Source: the human T2T-CHM13v2.0 reference genome, Homo sapiens. Taken from it: a stretch of DNA of 64,000 bases. The notes under the pieces were generated by a model that saw nothing but the letters and a program-made list of their open reading frames with translations, did not search any database and was not told the origin of the DNA. Below are positions 1 through 12,688 of the stretch, in pieces (the stretch's first letter is position 1; every line of letters begins with the position of its first letter). The stretch lies in the NCBI RefSeq assembly GCF_009914755.1, contig NC_060935.1. One strand, given 5' to 3'. A program made the position numbers and the translations under genes.

Positions 1-136
1 GACGTGACTTGCTCCTCCTTGTCTTCTGCCATGATCGTGAGGCCTCCCCAGCCATGTGGAACTTTAAGTCCATTATACCTCTTTTTCTTCCCAGTCTCGA
101 ATATGTCTTTATCAGCAGTGTGAAAACAGACTAATT
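1..136 (+). mobile_element. THE1 (THE1A/B-like) MaLR LTR, 3' part, truncated by window edge
   Basis: GCCATGATCGTGAGGCCTCCCCAGCCATGTGGAAC...CAGCAGTGTGAAAACAGACTAAT matches the THE1 LTR end. Confidence 0.9.
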
Positions 137-137
137 T

Positions 138-225
138 TATATATATATATATATATATCTTGATCATTGTGTATATATATATTTATATGTTGTACATATA
201 TATTTACATATATATTCATATATGT
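138..225. repeat. (TA)n / AT-rich low-complexity tract
   Basis: Pure TA run followed by degenerate TA repeats. Confidence 0.9.
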
Positions 226-229
226 TGTG

Positions 230-560
230 CAATAATCAAGTCATGGTAGTTAGCTATCCTCACCTCATGTCTTTATCTTTTTATTTTTGGTGGAAAGAAC
301 ATTCAAAAGCCTCTCATTTATCTATCTTGTAATGTGCAATATCTTGTTGTTAACTATCTGTCATCCTATTGTGCAATAGGATTCCAGAACTTATTCTTCC
401 TGTTTGATTGTAACTTTGTACCCATTGACCAACCCTTCCCCATCCTCTCCTCTCTCCTCCCTTCCTAGTCTGTGGTAACCACTCTTCTACTCTCTGCTTC
501 TATGATACCAAAACTTTTTAAAATTAAGATTCCACATATAAGTAAGATCATGTGGTATTC
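230..560 (-). mobile_element. L1MA-type LINE-1 3' end fragment
   Basis: TAACTTTGTACCCATTGACCAAC...GATTCCACATATAAGTAAGATCATGTGGTATT is typical antisense L1MA 3'UTR. Confidence 0.8.
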
Positions 561-1004
561 TCTTTTTTTTTTCTTTTTTCTTTTGTAGACTGTTGTGGCT
601 GTTCTAGGCAGTTTGTTTTTCCATATTGAAACAAAGAAACTTGCTGAGATTTTTATTGTAATTACTTTGTCTGCATATCGATTTGGAATTAACTTTGGAA
701 TAATATTGGATATTACAAGCCATGGGTAAGGTATATTTCTCTATTGGTGTATTGGTATTTCTTTATTTCTTTATTTGTTCAGTCTAGATTTTGTTTGATT
801 TCATTTGTGTAGATTTCATTGATTTTCTCAATTGTTTACCAATTTTCTAGTTAATTAATTGCCACTATTATCTCTATTATCTCCTTTATTCTACCTACTG
901 TTTTATAAAATTTGTTCTTTTTATAGCTTCTTAAAGCAGAAGCTTAGATGATTTATATTAAACCTTTTATATAATTCCTTTTTTTCTAAAATAAGAATTC
1001 TACT

Positions 1005-1471
1005 AAATAGTTTACTAGGCCTACCCTAACAAAATTTCACAAGCAGGTATGTTAAACAACAGAAACTTATTGTGTCACAATTGGTTCTGGAGGCTAGAAG
1101 TTTGAGGTCTGGCAGGGTTAGTTTTTTTCTGAGGGCTTTGAGTTAAAGTCTATTCTGTCTCCCTCCTAGCTTCTAGTAGTTTGCTTGGAATCTACGGCAT
1201 TATTTACTTCATAGCGGTATCACCCTAATGTCTCTTCATGTTCACATGGCATTCTTCCTATGAATGTGCCTGTGTCCAAATTTCCACTTTTTATTATAAG
1301 AATACCAGTTATAATAAACAAGAACCCAATCTGTTCCAGTCTATTAACTGGTTACATCTATTAACTGATTACATCTGCAGGGCCCTATTTTCAAATAAGG
1401 TCACACCCTGAGTACTGAGGTTTAGTATGTCAACATGTGAATCTGTTGGGGAAGCAACTCAACTCATAACA
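1005..1471 (-). mobile_element. MLT1C-like MaLR solo LTR
   Basis: AACAACAGAAACTTATT...TTCTGGAGGCTAGAAG...AAATAAGGTCACA...CAACTCATAACA terminus. Confidence 0.8.
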
Positions 1472-1540
1472 AGCATAATGCTACAACTTCTCTTCTAAGC
1501 ACTGCTATTGCTGCAAATGATTTGGATATGTTGTATACTC

Positions 1541-1774
1541 ATTATTATTCAATTTAAAATATTGTTCTAATTTCCATGGTGATCTTTAAATAAACCCATG
1601 GATTTTTAAAGGCTTGAGTTTAATTCTTTAAAGTCACGTTTAAATAAATTTTTAAAGGCTTCAGTTTAAGGAATTCTTTAAACTTGACTTTAAAGAATTA
1701 AGCCTTCAAAATTCCATGGGTTAATTTAAAAATCACGATGGAAATTAGAACAATATTTTAAATTGGATAATAAT
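1541..1774. repeat. Imperfect inverted duplication (palindrome), ~100 bp arms, within old L1M sequence
   Basis: 1541-1644 is close to the reverse complement of 1677-1774. Confidence 0.9.
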
Positions 1775-1849
1775 ATTTATTATTTAAAGTTATATATATT
1801 ACTCTTATTTCTAATTTATTTATATTATAGAACACATTATTTTTGGTTT

Positions 1850-2690
1850 ATTTTTAATGGCTTTATTGAAGTCCAGTTAACATATGATACAATGCAGATA
1901 ATAGAAATGTTGAATTTGGTTAAGTTTTAAATATGTGCACAGCTGTAAGTCTTCACTAAAATAAAAACAATGAAAATATGCATCGATTTCAAAGTTAATG
2001 TCTCCTGAATCACTAGGCAAATAGTGATATATTTTCTGTAATTTGAGATTACTTTGCATTTTTTAGAATTTCATATCAATGTTATTATACAGAATGCACT
2101 ACTTTTTGTCTGGCTTCTCTTACTCATTATAGTTATTTTGAGATCATCCATATTGTAGCATGAACAATAGATTCCCTTTATTGCTGAATAGTATTCCAAT
2201 GTATGGTTATACCGCAATTTATTTATCCATTCACCTGTGGATATATATTTGGGTTGTTTCCAGTATTTGGTTATGACAAATAAAGCTGTTATAAAAATAT
2301 GTACACAAGTCTTTGAATGGGCATGTGCTTTTATTTTGAATAAAGATCTTGAAGTGGACTGGCTAGAACACATGGTACATGAAATCAATATGCTAGATAT
2401 ATATTTAAGATGATAAGAAAATGCCAAATGGTTTTCTGAAGTGGTTATACAACTTAATTTTCCAACTAGTATGTGCGAATTACTGATGTTCTACATCCTT
2501 GTTGACACTTGGTGTGAGGAGTCTTTTCCATTTTAGCCTCAGGATTATGGTTGTGTGGTGGTGTATTAGCTTATGGCTTGAATTTACATTTCCCCGATGA
2601 TGGTGAGCATCTTTTCTTTTGCTTATTTGCAGCCTCTCTAGACTTTTTGGTGAAGTGCTTATTCACATCTTCTGCCCATTTTGTGAGGGA
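1850..2690 (-). mobile_element. Old L1M (L1MD/ME-like) 3' end and ORF2 C-terminal remnant
   Basis: GCTTTATTGAAG start; ORF 2071-2427 contains HSKTCVHIFITALFVITKYWKQPKYISTGEWINKL, homologous to the ORF2p C-terminus. Confidence 0.8.
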
Positions 2691-2719
2691 GGGAGTTTAG
2701 CCCCTGCATGAGTCAGCTG

Positions 2720-3075
2720 GTTTTTTTTTAAAGAACCTTACTTTTTAGAGCAATTTTAGATTCACAGCAAACGTACACAGTTCCCACATATCATCTGCCC
2801 TACACATGCACAGCCTCCTCCATTATCAACATCCTCCACCAGAGTGGTACGTTCTTACAATTGATGAGATTACAATTGACACATCATAATTACCAAAGTC
2901 CATAGTTGATATTAGGGTTCACTCTTGGAGTTGTACACTATATGGGATTGTACAAACTTATGCTATGTATCCACCATTATAGTATCATACAGAGTAGTTG
3001 CCCTACTACAAAAATCCTTTGTGCTCTGCCTATTCATCCTTCCCTTCCCCTAATTCTTAGCAAACACTAATTTTT
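2720..3075 (-). mobile_element. L1MC1/2-like 3' end
   Basis: TTTTAGAGCAATTTTAGATTCACAGCAAA...CATTATCAACATCCTCCACCAGAGTGGTAC...TTAGGGTTCACTCTTGG. Confidence 0.8.
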
Positions 3076-3089
3076 TTAAAAAAGCTTTT

Positions 3090-3835
3090 TTAAATGTTTT
3101 AATTGAGAAATTTTAATTGTATACATTTATGAGATACAATGTGATTTTTTGATAAATGTATGCAATGTAGAATAATTAAGTCAAGTTAATTAACATATCT
3201 ACCACCTTGCTTACATATCATTTTCTGATGAGACATTTTGAAATTTACTCTTTGTTATTTTGAAATATATAATACATTGTTATTGACTTTAGCCACCCTG
3301 CTATCAATAGATCTCAAAACTTACTTACTCTGTAAATCTGAAACTTTGTACCCTTTGACCAACACCTCCTTATTCCCTCCATTACCCCTGCCATCCTCTG
3401 GTAACCATTATTCTGCTCTCTACATCTACTGGTTCAACTTTGTTAGATTCTAAATTTAAGTGAAATCATGAGGTATTTGTCTTTCTGTGCTTGGCTTATT
3501 TCATTTACCATACTGTCCAGCAGGTTCATCCATGTTGTTTCAAAGGACAATATTTCATTCTTTCTCCAAGATTGAAAAGATTTCCATTGTGTGTGTATAT
3601 ATACCACATTTTAAAATCATTTCATCTGTTATAAACATTTAGGTTGATTCCACATCTTGGCTCTTGTGAATAATGCTACAATGAACATGGGAGTAAACAT
3701 AGCCCTTTGACATTATGATTTCAATTCCTTTGGACATACACCCAGAAGTGGAATTCCTGGATGACATGCTAGTTCTCCTTTTAGTTTTTTGAAGAACCTT
3801 CATATCGTTTTTCACAATGGCTATAGTACTCATGT
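3090..3835 (-). mobile_element. L1MA-type 3' end
   Basis: TTTTAATTGTATACATTTATGAGATACAATGTG...TTCCTTTGGACATACACCCAGAAGTGGAATT. Confidence 0.8.
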
Positions 3836-3849
3836 TAATTAAATACATG

Positions 3850-5320
3850 AAGTTAGGCAGTGTCATCCTCCATGTTTATTCTTCTGCTTGAATATTGTGC
3901 TGACTATTCTCAATCTTTTGTCTCTCCGTAAAGTTTAGAATTAGTTTGTCAAAACCCACAAATTATAATAACTTGCTGAAATTTTGATTGGGATTTCATT
4001 GAAAATATAGATAATGTTGATAAGAACTGATATCTTGACAGTATTGAGCTTTCCTTCCCATGAACATGGGATAGCTTTATGTTAATGTAGTTATTTGATT
4101 TCTTTCATCATCAGTGTTTCTTCCTTCTCAATATGTATACCTTTTATTCTGCTTTCTTGTCCTTTTGTATTAGATATGCCTTCTAGAACAATTTTGAAGA
4201 GCATTAGTAAGAGGAGACATTTTCCGTATTCTTAATTTTAGTGGGAAAGTGAAATTTCTCATCATTATGTATAATTTTTACTGCAGGTTTTTGTAGCTAT
4301 TCTTTATCAAGTTGAGGTTTTTATTCCTAGTTTTATTCCTAGTTTATCTTGAGTTCTATTTTTTTTTAAATCATGAGTGGGTGTTGTATGGTCTCAAATG
4401 CTTTGACATGATCGTGCAGTTTTTCTTCTGTGAGCTGTTGATGTGATGGATTACATAATTGACTTTCTGGTGTTGAACTAGCCTTGTATAACTGGGATAA
4501 TTCCCATTTGGTCATCATGTATAATTCTTTGCAAAGATTGTTTGATTTCATTTGCTAATATTTTGTTGAAGGGTTTTGCATCTATGTTTATGAGAGGTAT
4601 TAGTTTGTAGTTTCATTTTCTTGTAATATCTTTGCTTAGGTTTGAGTAATGCTGGCTGCATATGATGAGGAAGTATTTCTCATAGGACTAAGAATTATCC
4701 CCTTTGCTTCAAATCTCTGAGATTGTAGAGAATTAGCACATTTTTTTCCTTAAATATTTGGTAGTATTCAACAGTGAACCCATCTGGGGTTGGTGCTTTC
4801 TGTTTCAAAAGGTTATACTATAGACTCTACTTAATATATATAGGGCTATTTGGATTGTCTGTTTCTTCTTGTGAGAGTTTTGGCAGTTGGTGTCTTTCAA
4901 GGAATTGTTCTACTTTATCAAAATTATGAACTTTGTGAGCATAGGGTTGTCATTTTGCCTATTTGTATTGAATTATTTGAGTTTTATGTATTCTAGATAC
5001 ACATTGTATATCAGATACTTTTGAATATGTTCTATGTCTTGCTTATTAGCAGTGTCTTTGAAGAATAGCAGTTTCTAATTTTAATTAACCATAATTTATC
5101 TATTGTTTTTGTCTTACTGATAATGATTTTGCTGTTATAGTTAAGAAATCTTTGTTTAACCCAAGGTCACAAAGATTCCTCCTATATTTTATTCTAGAAT
5201 TTTAATAATTTTAAGTTTTACATTTAGATCTAGGATCCATTTTAAATTACTTTTTCTATATGCTGTGAGAAATTAAAGTTAATATGTATATATCCAATTT
5301 TTTCTCACTTATTTTAAATA
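3850..5320 (-). mobile_element. Degenerate L1M ORF2 fragments
   Basis: Antisense RT-region motifs (CTTGCTGAAATTTTGATTGGGATT; ORF 4366-4551 HVKAFETIQHPLMI resembles AEKAFDKIQHPFMI). Confidence 0.75.
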
Positions 5321-5329
5321 CACTTATCT

Positions 5330-6100
5330 TCCTATATTGCAACAAATCTTTTAAAAGCTGCCTTACTTCTATTTTTGGATTTTTAAACAAGGATGTTAAG
5401 ATCAGATAGGCAGATAATTTACTTGAAGACAAACTGAATCTTTCTGAGGCTATTTTTTTTACCTGTGATAGAATAGATCTACGGTCAGATTTGCCATAAG
5501 TCTAAATTAGACATTCTTCCAACGGTGCTTTTTGTGGTTTTTACTAAATGCTTGGATTGTTTAATAAAGCCTCTTCTGACTGTTTAGGACACAAACATCT
5601 GCCTGATCTGTGCAAACTTTTGTAGAATCTTATATTGTCTTTTGTGTTCTTTTTCAGGTAGTTGTTTTTTGCTTATTCTTAAGTCTTTCTTTTAGGATGT
5701 ATATTTTAGTGTTTGACTAAAAACTCAAGGAGACATCCTGTGAAGATTCCCGCAACTCATTTTCTACACAGCTCTCTTCTCTCTGGTACTCTGCCCCATA
5801 AATTCTAGGCCCTCCAAGATCCGAAAACTCTCATTTCTGTTGTATGAGGTCAATGAGACCACTACATTATATTTAAACTATCCTTCCATAGATATTAGTG
5901 TGGAAAGTGGTTCCAGACAAAAAGCAGGAGCGATCATGGAACTTACTTTGATTTTCTTTTCCCCCCACTTCTTTCTAAGATTACCATTCTGCACTCTATG
6001 CTGTAAAACATCTGAAAATATTTACTTTATATACTTGGTCCGTTAGTATAATTGTTTATAGTCGGAGGAACAGTTACTTCATCATGGCTAATAGTAGAAG
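5330..6100 (-). mobile_element. Old L1M 5' region remnant
   Basis: Degenerate L1M 5'-like sequence (CTCTTCTCTCTGGTACTCTGCCCCATAAATTCTAG). Confidence 0.55.
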
Positions 6101-7329
6101 TGCAAAAGGAAGTTTTAAAGCAATCAAATTGTTCACAATTTATATCTTGAACCACTTTCCCTGACTTATCTTGCACTTCCAGCCCCTTTAATTTCTTATT
6201 TTTTTACCCTTCCTATTGCTTCTTTTAACCTACGTTATCAATTTTATAAAATTGACTTTTATTCCCCATTTCTTCTAAATCAAGATTCGCTCTTTGGCTA
6301 TGTTGCCAACAGCTACCCTAAAGAAATACTTTGTTTGCTTGAGCAATTTCTGCAGATTCACATAGGTGACACCCTGTTCTGGTTTGAGCCTAGATAATAA
6401 CAGTTGAACACAGTAATTTTAGAAAGAATTGTCTAGTTAGTTATTGTCTTTCAAAGATATTTGTCTTTGTAGCCTTTCTTTTTTAGTTAAAGCTTTGTCA
6501 TGGTAAGATATAATAAGCAATACAATTTGGCAATAAACATAAGAACTAACTAATAATTAAACTCACTTATATGGTTTGTGAGGAAAGAGAAAAAAGAAGG
6601 AAGAGGTCAACTGGAATTAGTCCTAGGTTGGTCTTGGCAGTGATTGTTTGGATTTGAAAACTACAGAGTTGCTAGAACAATCAATGGTCTTTAAAATGTG
6701 TGGATGTACACGGAATTAATGTTAGATCAGTTTTTCTGTGTTACTATCTGGGAACATATGGGTTTAATTAGACTAGTATTAAAAGAGTTTGCACTTAGCC
6801 TATAATGACCATTGTGATGTAGTCTGGTATAGTTTATCTACTTTGAGAATCAGGGTACACTTTTTAAGCTTACTTCTCCATTCCCCACAGCCCAGATGCT
6901 GGCTTGGTCTGTTCCATTTTATCCACATGCAAGAATTACACAACTGTATTCTAGGTATTGCATAATGGAATTTAATTCCAAAGCTCAGAAAGAAATGAAG
7001 TATAACCAAATTCAAAATCTTAGGAAAATGTCTTCATGATTAATAATATTAATTTTCTGAAAGCAATTCAAAGGTTTATTTCCAGCACCAGACGTTTATT
7101 GAATGGATGAATGAATGCAATTTTAAAAAGGTTATGAGACAAGAGACAGGAATTGATAATGTGCATAATCTTTTTTCCTTGTAGATATAATTAACAGAAA
7201 CATATTACATACCCCTGAAATCGACCATGCAAGAAACAATATAAAATTAAGACACCTCGGATTGCTGCTCATGTGAGTGCGTTGAAGGTGCATTGAAAAT
7301 GACTTACCTCTTTGTTACAAATCTGATGG

Positions 7330-7540
7330 AGTAGTGGACAAAGCAGGAGATGCGGAGTTATGTAGTTCTTGGTCATTACTCTGGTAGTTCTATTATTAGT
7401 TGTGAGACTTTGGGGAAGTAATGATCTTTCATAGTCTCAGTTCCTTCATCTGAAAAATGGGAAAATTATTGTGAAAGAATAAATATTAAATGATTAACTG
7501 TACACCCTAGGAATATTGTAGCTACCTATAAAATATTCAG
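7330..7540 (+). mobile_element. MIR SINE
   Basis: Core TCTCAGTTCCTTCATCTGAAAAATGGG. Confidence 0.75.
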
Positions 7541-7834
7541 CTTCTCCTTCCCTTTCTAATAATTGAAATAATATATTAAAATAATATTCTTGTGAATAAA
7601 GATTATCTATTAGTTCCTCTGCTTAAATGCAGATATTGGTACAAAAAGCTAAACTCTCGAGAACAAATAGAAAAGAGAGAAAGAGGAAGCAAAGGAAGAA
7701 GAAGAAAGCTGTGTGGATAGGTAAAGCTTCATCCTACATTCTAGCCACATATCATGCCCAAATTTCAATCTATGTGGAAATACAAACTATTGGAGAGGTA
7801 AAGTAGGTTAGATTGTCCTTTTTGAGTGTGTGAT

Positions 7835-8620
7835 ATTCATTCAGTCAACTTATTCAACTATTATTTGCCAATCATCTACAAAGTACCAGGCACTGTACAA
7901 AAGATTAATGATACACAAATAAATTGGAAATTAATCCTCTCTGTCCTCACAAAGGTTATAATCTGGCAAGACAGATGCATCTGATTCCTGAAGATGCAGG
8001 TTAAAAAGGAGAGGAGCGCTGGCCATGGAGACGTATAACCAGAACCCCCAACTTAATTGGAAGAGACATTGGGGAAACCTGTGTGGAAGGGGTATTTGAG
8101 ACCTAAGCATGAGTAGAATTTTCTAGGTCATAGGGTGGACTGAGAGGCAGCATTGGGATAGTGTGCTAAGAGGAGTAATCATCTCTGCAAAGCCAATGGG
8201 AAAGGAGGAAGGTTAGTTTACACAGGGACGGGAGCAAAGCTGGCATGAACAAGACTGAGTCTGCAAAGGAGGCTTAAGGTGAGGCTGGAGGAAGTTCAGG
8301 GCTAAATTATATAGAGTCTTATCTGTTAGGTTAAATATTTTGGACTTTAGGATCATTATGAAGCCACTGAAAGATCTGAATCAGAGGAAGGCAACTGATT
8401 TCTGTTATAAGACAATCTTTTTCACTATAGTGGGAGCAATGGGTTTAAAGAGGGAAAGAGTGCTTAAGCAGAAATGAAGTAGAAAACTGGTCGATTCTTG
8501 CAAGGTAAAGAGGAAAGGTGGTCTGCATTCAGGTGGAGGCAGTGGAGATTAATATACACGGATATGTTAGGGAGATAGTAAGAAGTTAGCATCAACCACA
8601 TTTTACCCTGCAGGCTAACC
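7835..8620 (-). mobile_element. L2 LINE 3' fragment
   Basis: ATTCATTCAGTCAAC...TACCAGGCACTGT followed by purine-rich L2 body. Confidence 0.75.
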
Positions 8621-8780
8621 CTGCTTCAAAAGCCTTCCAAACCTCCTCTGCCCACTTTCTTACCTAGAGAAGCTTTATGCATCCTTTAAATTTAAACTCA
8701 AGTTCTAACAATATTATTTATCTTCAACAGGAAACGTTAGTAGCTTACTATTAGAGCACCTGGCAAATGTATCCTTTAAG

Positions 8781-8950
8781 GTAGTGGTTTCCAGCCCTTG
8801 GCTACGCATTAAAATCTTCTGGGGAACTTTAAAACACTTCCAATGTTTGTCTTCCACCCCAGACAGACTCTGAGGAGTAGGAACAGAGCAAGAATATTAT
8901 TTAGAAGCTCCATAGGTGGTTGTAACTTATTCAGGAATGGGAACCAGCAC
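8781..8950. mobile_element. MER5A/B-like hAT-Charlie MITE
   Basis: AGTGGTTTCCAGCCCTTGGCTACGCATTAAAATC...GGGAACCAGCACT terminal inverted ends. Confidence 0.7.
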
Positions 8951-10487
8951 TAAAAGCATTTGCCATACTAGCATTTTTAGTTGTCCTCTCCACTATACTG
9001 TAAGCTCATTGTGGGCAGGACTGTTGACTCCTTTTACATCTTGAGGGCTTACAACCACAGTGATACATATTTATATGCTGCTATGAATTTAAATAAATAA
9101 AACATGCTAATTGATTACTTTTAGCTAGCTGGGGCTTTGCTGCCCGTGAAGAGGAGTGGGAATAACTCAGGAAGACTATGAGGAGTCGGCACTAATAACT
9201 TGCTTCACAAAGATAAAAACAGACATTTACAATTATATTAGAAATAATAGCGTAAGAAGAGTGTAACTGTTGCCAAAATGTAAATGTTGTTCATGGCAAT
9301 ATGTTCTGATTTGGGTTCTGCCAAAATGGTCAAAACTCAGCCCTTATTTTAGGAGTTCCTGCCCATGGGGACTATAGAAAAAGAAAAACTTTGTAAACAA
9401 TGTTTATATTCCAATAAATGCACATTGTTCTAAAGTACACCAACTAATTGGCTACTTTGACCTTAAAGTCCAATCTATTCCCGGGCATAGAGGTAGTCCC
9501 TAGACTAATGGGAGTAGAAAATGTACAGACTAATTTCCTTTTCCTATTCCCACTTCATCTAGTTTTAGGGGACAAGCAGAGCTTGATTTCTCTGCAAACC
9601 TTGTTATATTACTGATTTTGGAATGACATTGCAGCTTGCCTATTACCACAATTCATGGGAATGGTTTCTGCTGGCTTGTAATATAGCACCTGTTCAGTTT
9701 TTAAAGAAGCCATTTGATTCCATCATAAAGTGACCATCCAATTCAACATGAAGCAGAATCAGCTTAAATGAAGGCCAGGACAAGGCCTGGAGGGACCCTT
9801 TCGATCCTGACTATAAAACTCTAGCCCCATAGGGAAGTGTCTGAACATCTGCACAGATTGGTACTGAATTCAATCAGCATTGTCATTTTTGTTCTCATGT
9901 TAACACAATGTATGCTATCAGAAAAGGATATACCTATTATGGAAGAAATAAAAGGGCCAAATCAGGGACCTTAGCTATACCAGCCTTGCTGTCTGGGAGG
10001 GCAGATCTGGGCAGGGACTCGTAAAATGAGGGCTGAGTTTTGACCAAGGCAAAGCTATACTGTACCCAATGGAAGATGAAGCCTCTGGCCTAGGAGTTAG
10101 GGAGAACTAAAAGGTGAAGATGAAATGGGTTAGAGAGGGGTGGGGGAAAATTATAGAGCTGGGACCAAATCCAAAGCACAGAATCTGAGACAGAGGACAG
10201 GCAAGGGGCTGAGAGGGGAGTCTGAAGGCAGAGTCTTGAGAGATATCCTAAGGTAAAGATCCTTAGGGTGTGGAAACCTCTAGCAGGTTCTTACCCCCGC
10301 AACTGCAAATGAGAATAGTATTTTCCATAGTTCTAAAATAATTTCACGAACCTTCCGGGTCTAAAATCTCAATTGTCTCACCCACTTAACATTGCCTTTT
10401 GGAAACTTAGGTCCAAATTTGTCTGGCCTACCTCGGTGGGACTTCATGGCATGATATTTGGGCACTAATCTCACTCTTGGTTTCTAT

Positions 10488-11068
10488 GGTAGTTATCTAT
10501 CATCATGTAACAAATTACCACATTTAGTGGCTTAGACAGACACACATTTATTATTTCATAGTTTCTGTGGGTCATAAGTCTAGACATGGCTTACCTGTTT
10601 CTACTGCTCAGGGTCTCACTAGCTGTAACGAAGCTGGCAGCCAGGCTGCATTCTCATCTGGAGGCTTTCCTGAGGACGAATCCACTTCCAAGCTCATTCA
10701 GGTTGTCCACAGGATTTATTCCCCGTGGTTGTAGGACTGAGGTCCTCAACTTCTATAGGCCACCTGGAGTTCCTTTGGCACATGGTTCTCTTCGTAGACA
10801 GTTTACACAACATGGTTGTTTGCTATTTCAGCCAGTAGGAGAATCTTTGCTGCATCTGATCTTTCTCTTTTCTTCTAAGGAATCACCTGATTAGGTCAGG
10901 CTTGTCCAATATAATCTTCCCAAGTTAAATCAGCTGGTTAGGAGCTTTGATTATGCCAGAAAAAAGTCCCTTCAGAGCAGCGCCTTCAGCGTTAGTCTGC
11001 CACATATGGGAGAAGGTATGTACTCCAGGGGCTGACAATCTTGGAGCCACTGTGGAATTCTTCCTACT
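10488..11068 (-). mobile_element. MLT1E-family MaLR solo LTR
   Basis: GTAACAAATTACCACATTTAGTGGCTTA...CTTCCAAGCTCATTCAGGTTG...GATTAGGTCAGG. Confidence 0.8.
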
Positions 11069-11315
11069 GTATTTCCATTTTACATTCTTAAAATTCTTAA
11101 TTGACCTTTGCTTCATTTTCTTACTTAATTTTTTTTATTTTTTTTTTAGGGTAGATTCTAGTAATCTTAAAGTTTTGAAATTGTTGCCCTTAGCAAAGCT
11201 ATATATAAATTTTGATAATGATTTATATTAATTAAAAATTTTAAAGATGTTTACTCCAAGTTTTGTAGCTTACTTCCTGTTCCCAGAGTATTTTAAGTTA
11301 CCCTGACACATTAAT

Positions 11316-11375
11316 CTTTTTTTTATTATACTTTAAGTTTTAGGGTACATGTGCACAACGTGCAGGTTTGTTACG
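11316..11375 (-). mobile_element. Very short 3' terminus of a young primate L1 (L1PA)
   Basis: T9-ATTATACTTTAAGTTTTAGGGTACATGTGCACAACGTGCAGGTTTGTTAC, near-identical to the L1PA 3' end. Confidence 0.9.
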
Positions 11376-12114
11376 TACTTATTTTAAATATATTTATCTT
11401 ATTACCTTGCATGCATCTTTTAAAACTGCCTCAATTCTATTTAGGAACAGGAAAGATTATAAATGAACATATTGTAGTAATGTATTCTTTGTAGAAACAT
11501 AAACTGAATTTCAAACTTGGGAAGATCTGAATCTATACAGATTCAAAAAGGTCAAAAGGAAAAATATGAAAACTTTGATGTCAAGGAGCTTAAAATTTCA
11601 CAGATAGAAGAAATGTGTGCACAGTTACATGAAAATATGACAGCACAAAAAGAGATGTATATGCCGAGTTTTGGAGAGGATCCTTTCTTTTTGAAGGAAT
11701 TACAAAAGCTTTCGTTTAAAAGGTGAAATTCAAGCTGGACCAGAATGGGTGGGTAGAATGTGTATATATGTAGGAAAAGATATGGGAGGAACACTGTCCT
11801 AGAACAAAGGAAACACCCCGGTAAATTCACATTGAAGAGAAAGTCTCCAAAGTGTAAGGCAAAAGTTTTATTTCAACTTGGGTCTCTAGCGGGCCTGTGT
11901 ACAAGAAATGGAAAAAAGATAGATCCAGATTAGGATTGACATAAATTGGTAGTATAAGGAGTTCTCTTATTAACTTTTCAATAATTTGAGTCATGGAAAA
12001 TTTCTGGAAATGGACAGGATAAGTGTAGGTGGTGGGTAGTATGTATACTGGAAGTGAGAGAGCCTGGAGACATGAAGGCTAACTAATGGGCATCAGCAGC
12101 AATCAATCACCAGG

Positions 12115-12688
12115 TGTTCTGGTTACTATTGTTGCATAACATATTATCCCAAAATGTAGTGACTCAAAACAAAAATCATTTTATTATCTTTCATAGTTTA
12201 TGCGAATCGGGAATTTGGAAAGGCTTGCTTGGGTGGTTCTAGCTGGGATCTACTCGGTTTGCTGCCAGGAGGTAGTGGGAGCTGAACTGTGGGGAGCAGG
12301 ACCAGCTGGACCTCTCTCTCTCCCTCTCTCTCTCACTCCCTTTCTCCTTATGGCCTCAGGGATTCAGCACGTAGTCTATCTGTACAGGGTAGATTGGGCA
12401 ACTTCATAGAATGACAGCTTCAGAGCAGTTGAATGTTTATATCATGGCTCAGGGCTCCAGAAAGAGGGTTTTAGTGAGTAAAATGGAATCTGTGTCAACC
12501 TTTCTAATCTAGCTTAAGATATTGTCTAGTGTAACTTTTGCTGCATTCTGTTGATTACAAGTGAATCCCAAACATTTCCTGATTCAAAGGGAGGGAAATT
12601 AGACTCTAGGAGTGTGACAAAATTATGAAAGAACATAGAGAATGAAAGATTACATCACTGCCATCTTCAGACAATGCAATCTGCTACA
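12115..12688 (-). mobile_element. MLT1H/G-like MaLR solo LTR
   Basis: TACTATTGTTGCATAACATATTATCCCAAAATGTAGTGACTCAAAACAA...GCCATCTTCAGACAATGCAATCTGCTACA. Confidence 0.75.

Noticed and set aside
11517-11726. K/E-rich 69-aa ORF that looks coiled-coil-like
   Set aside because: TTG start, no recognisable homology and no convincing flanking splice sites; A-rich composition explains it.
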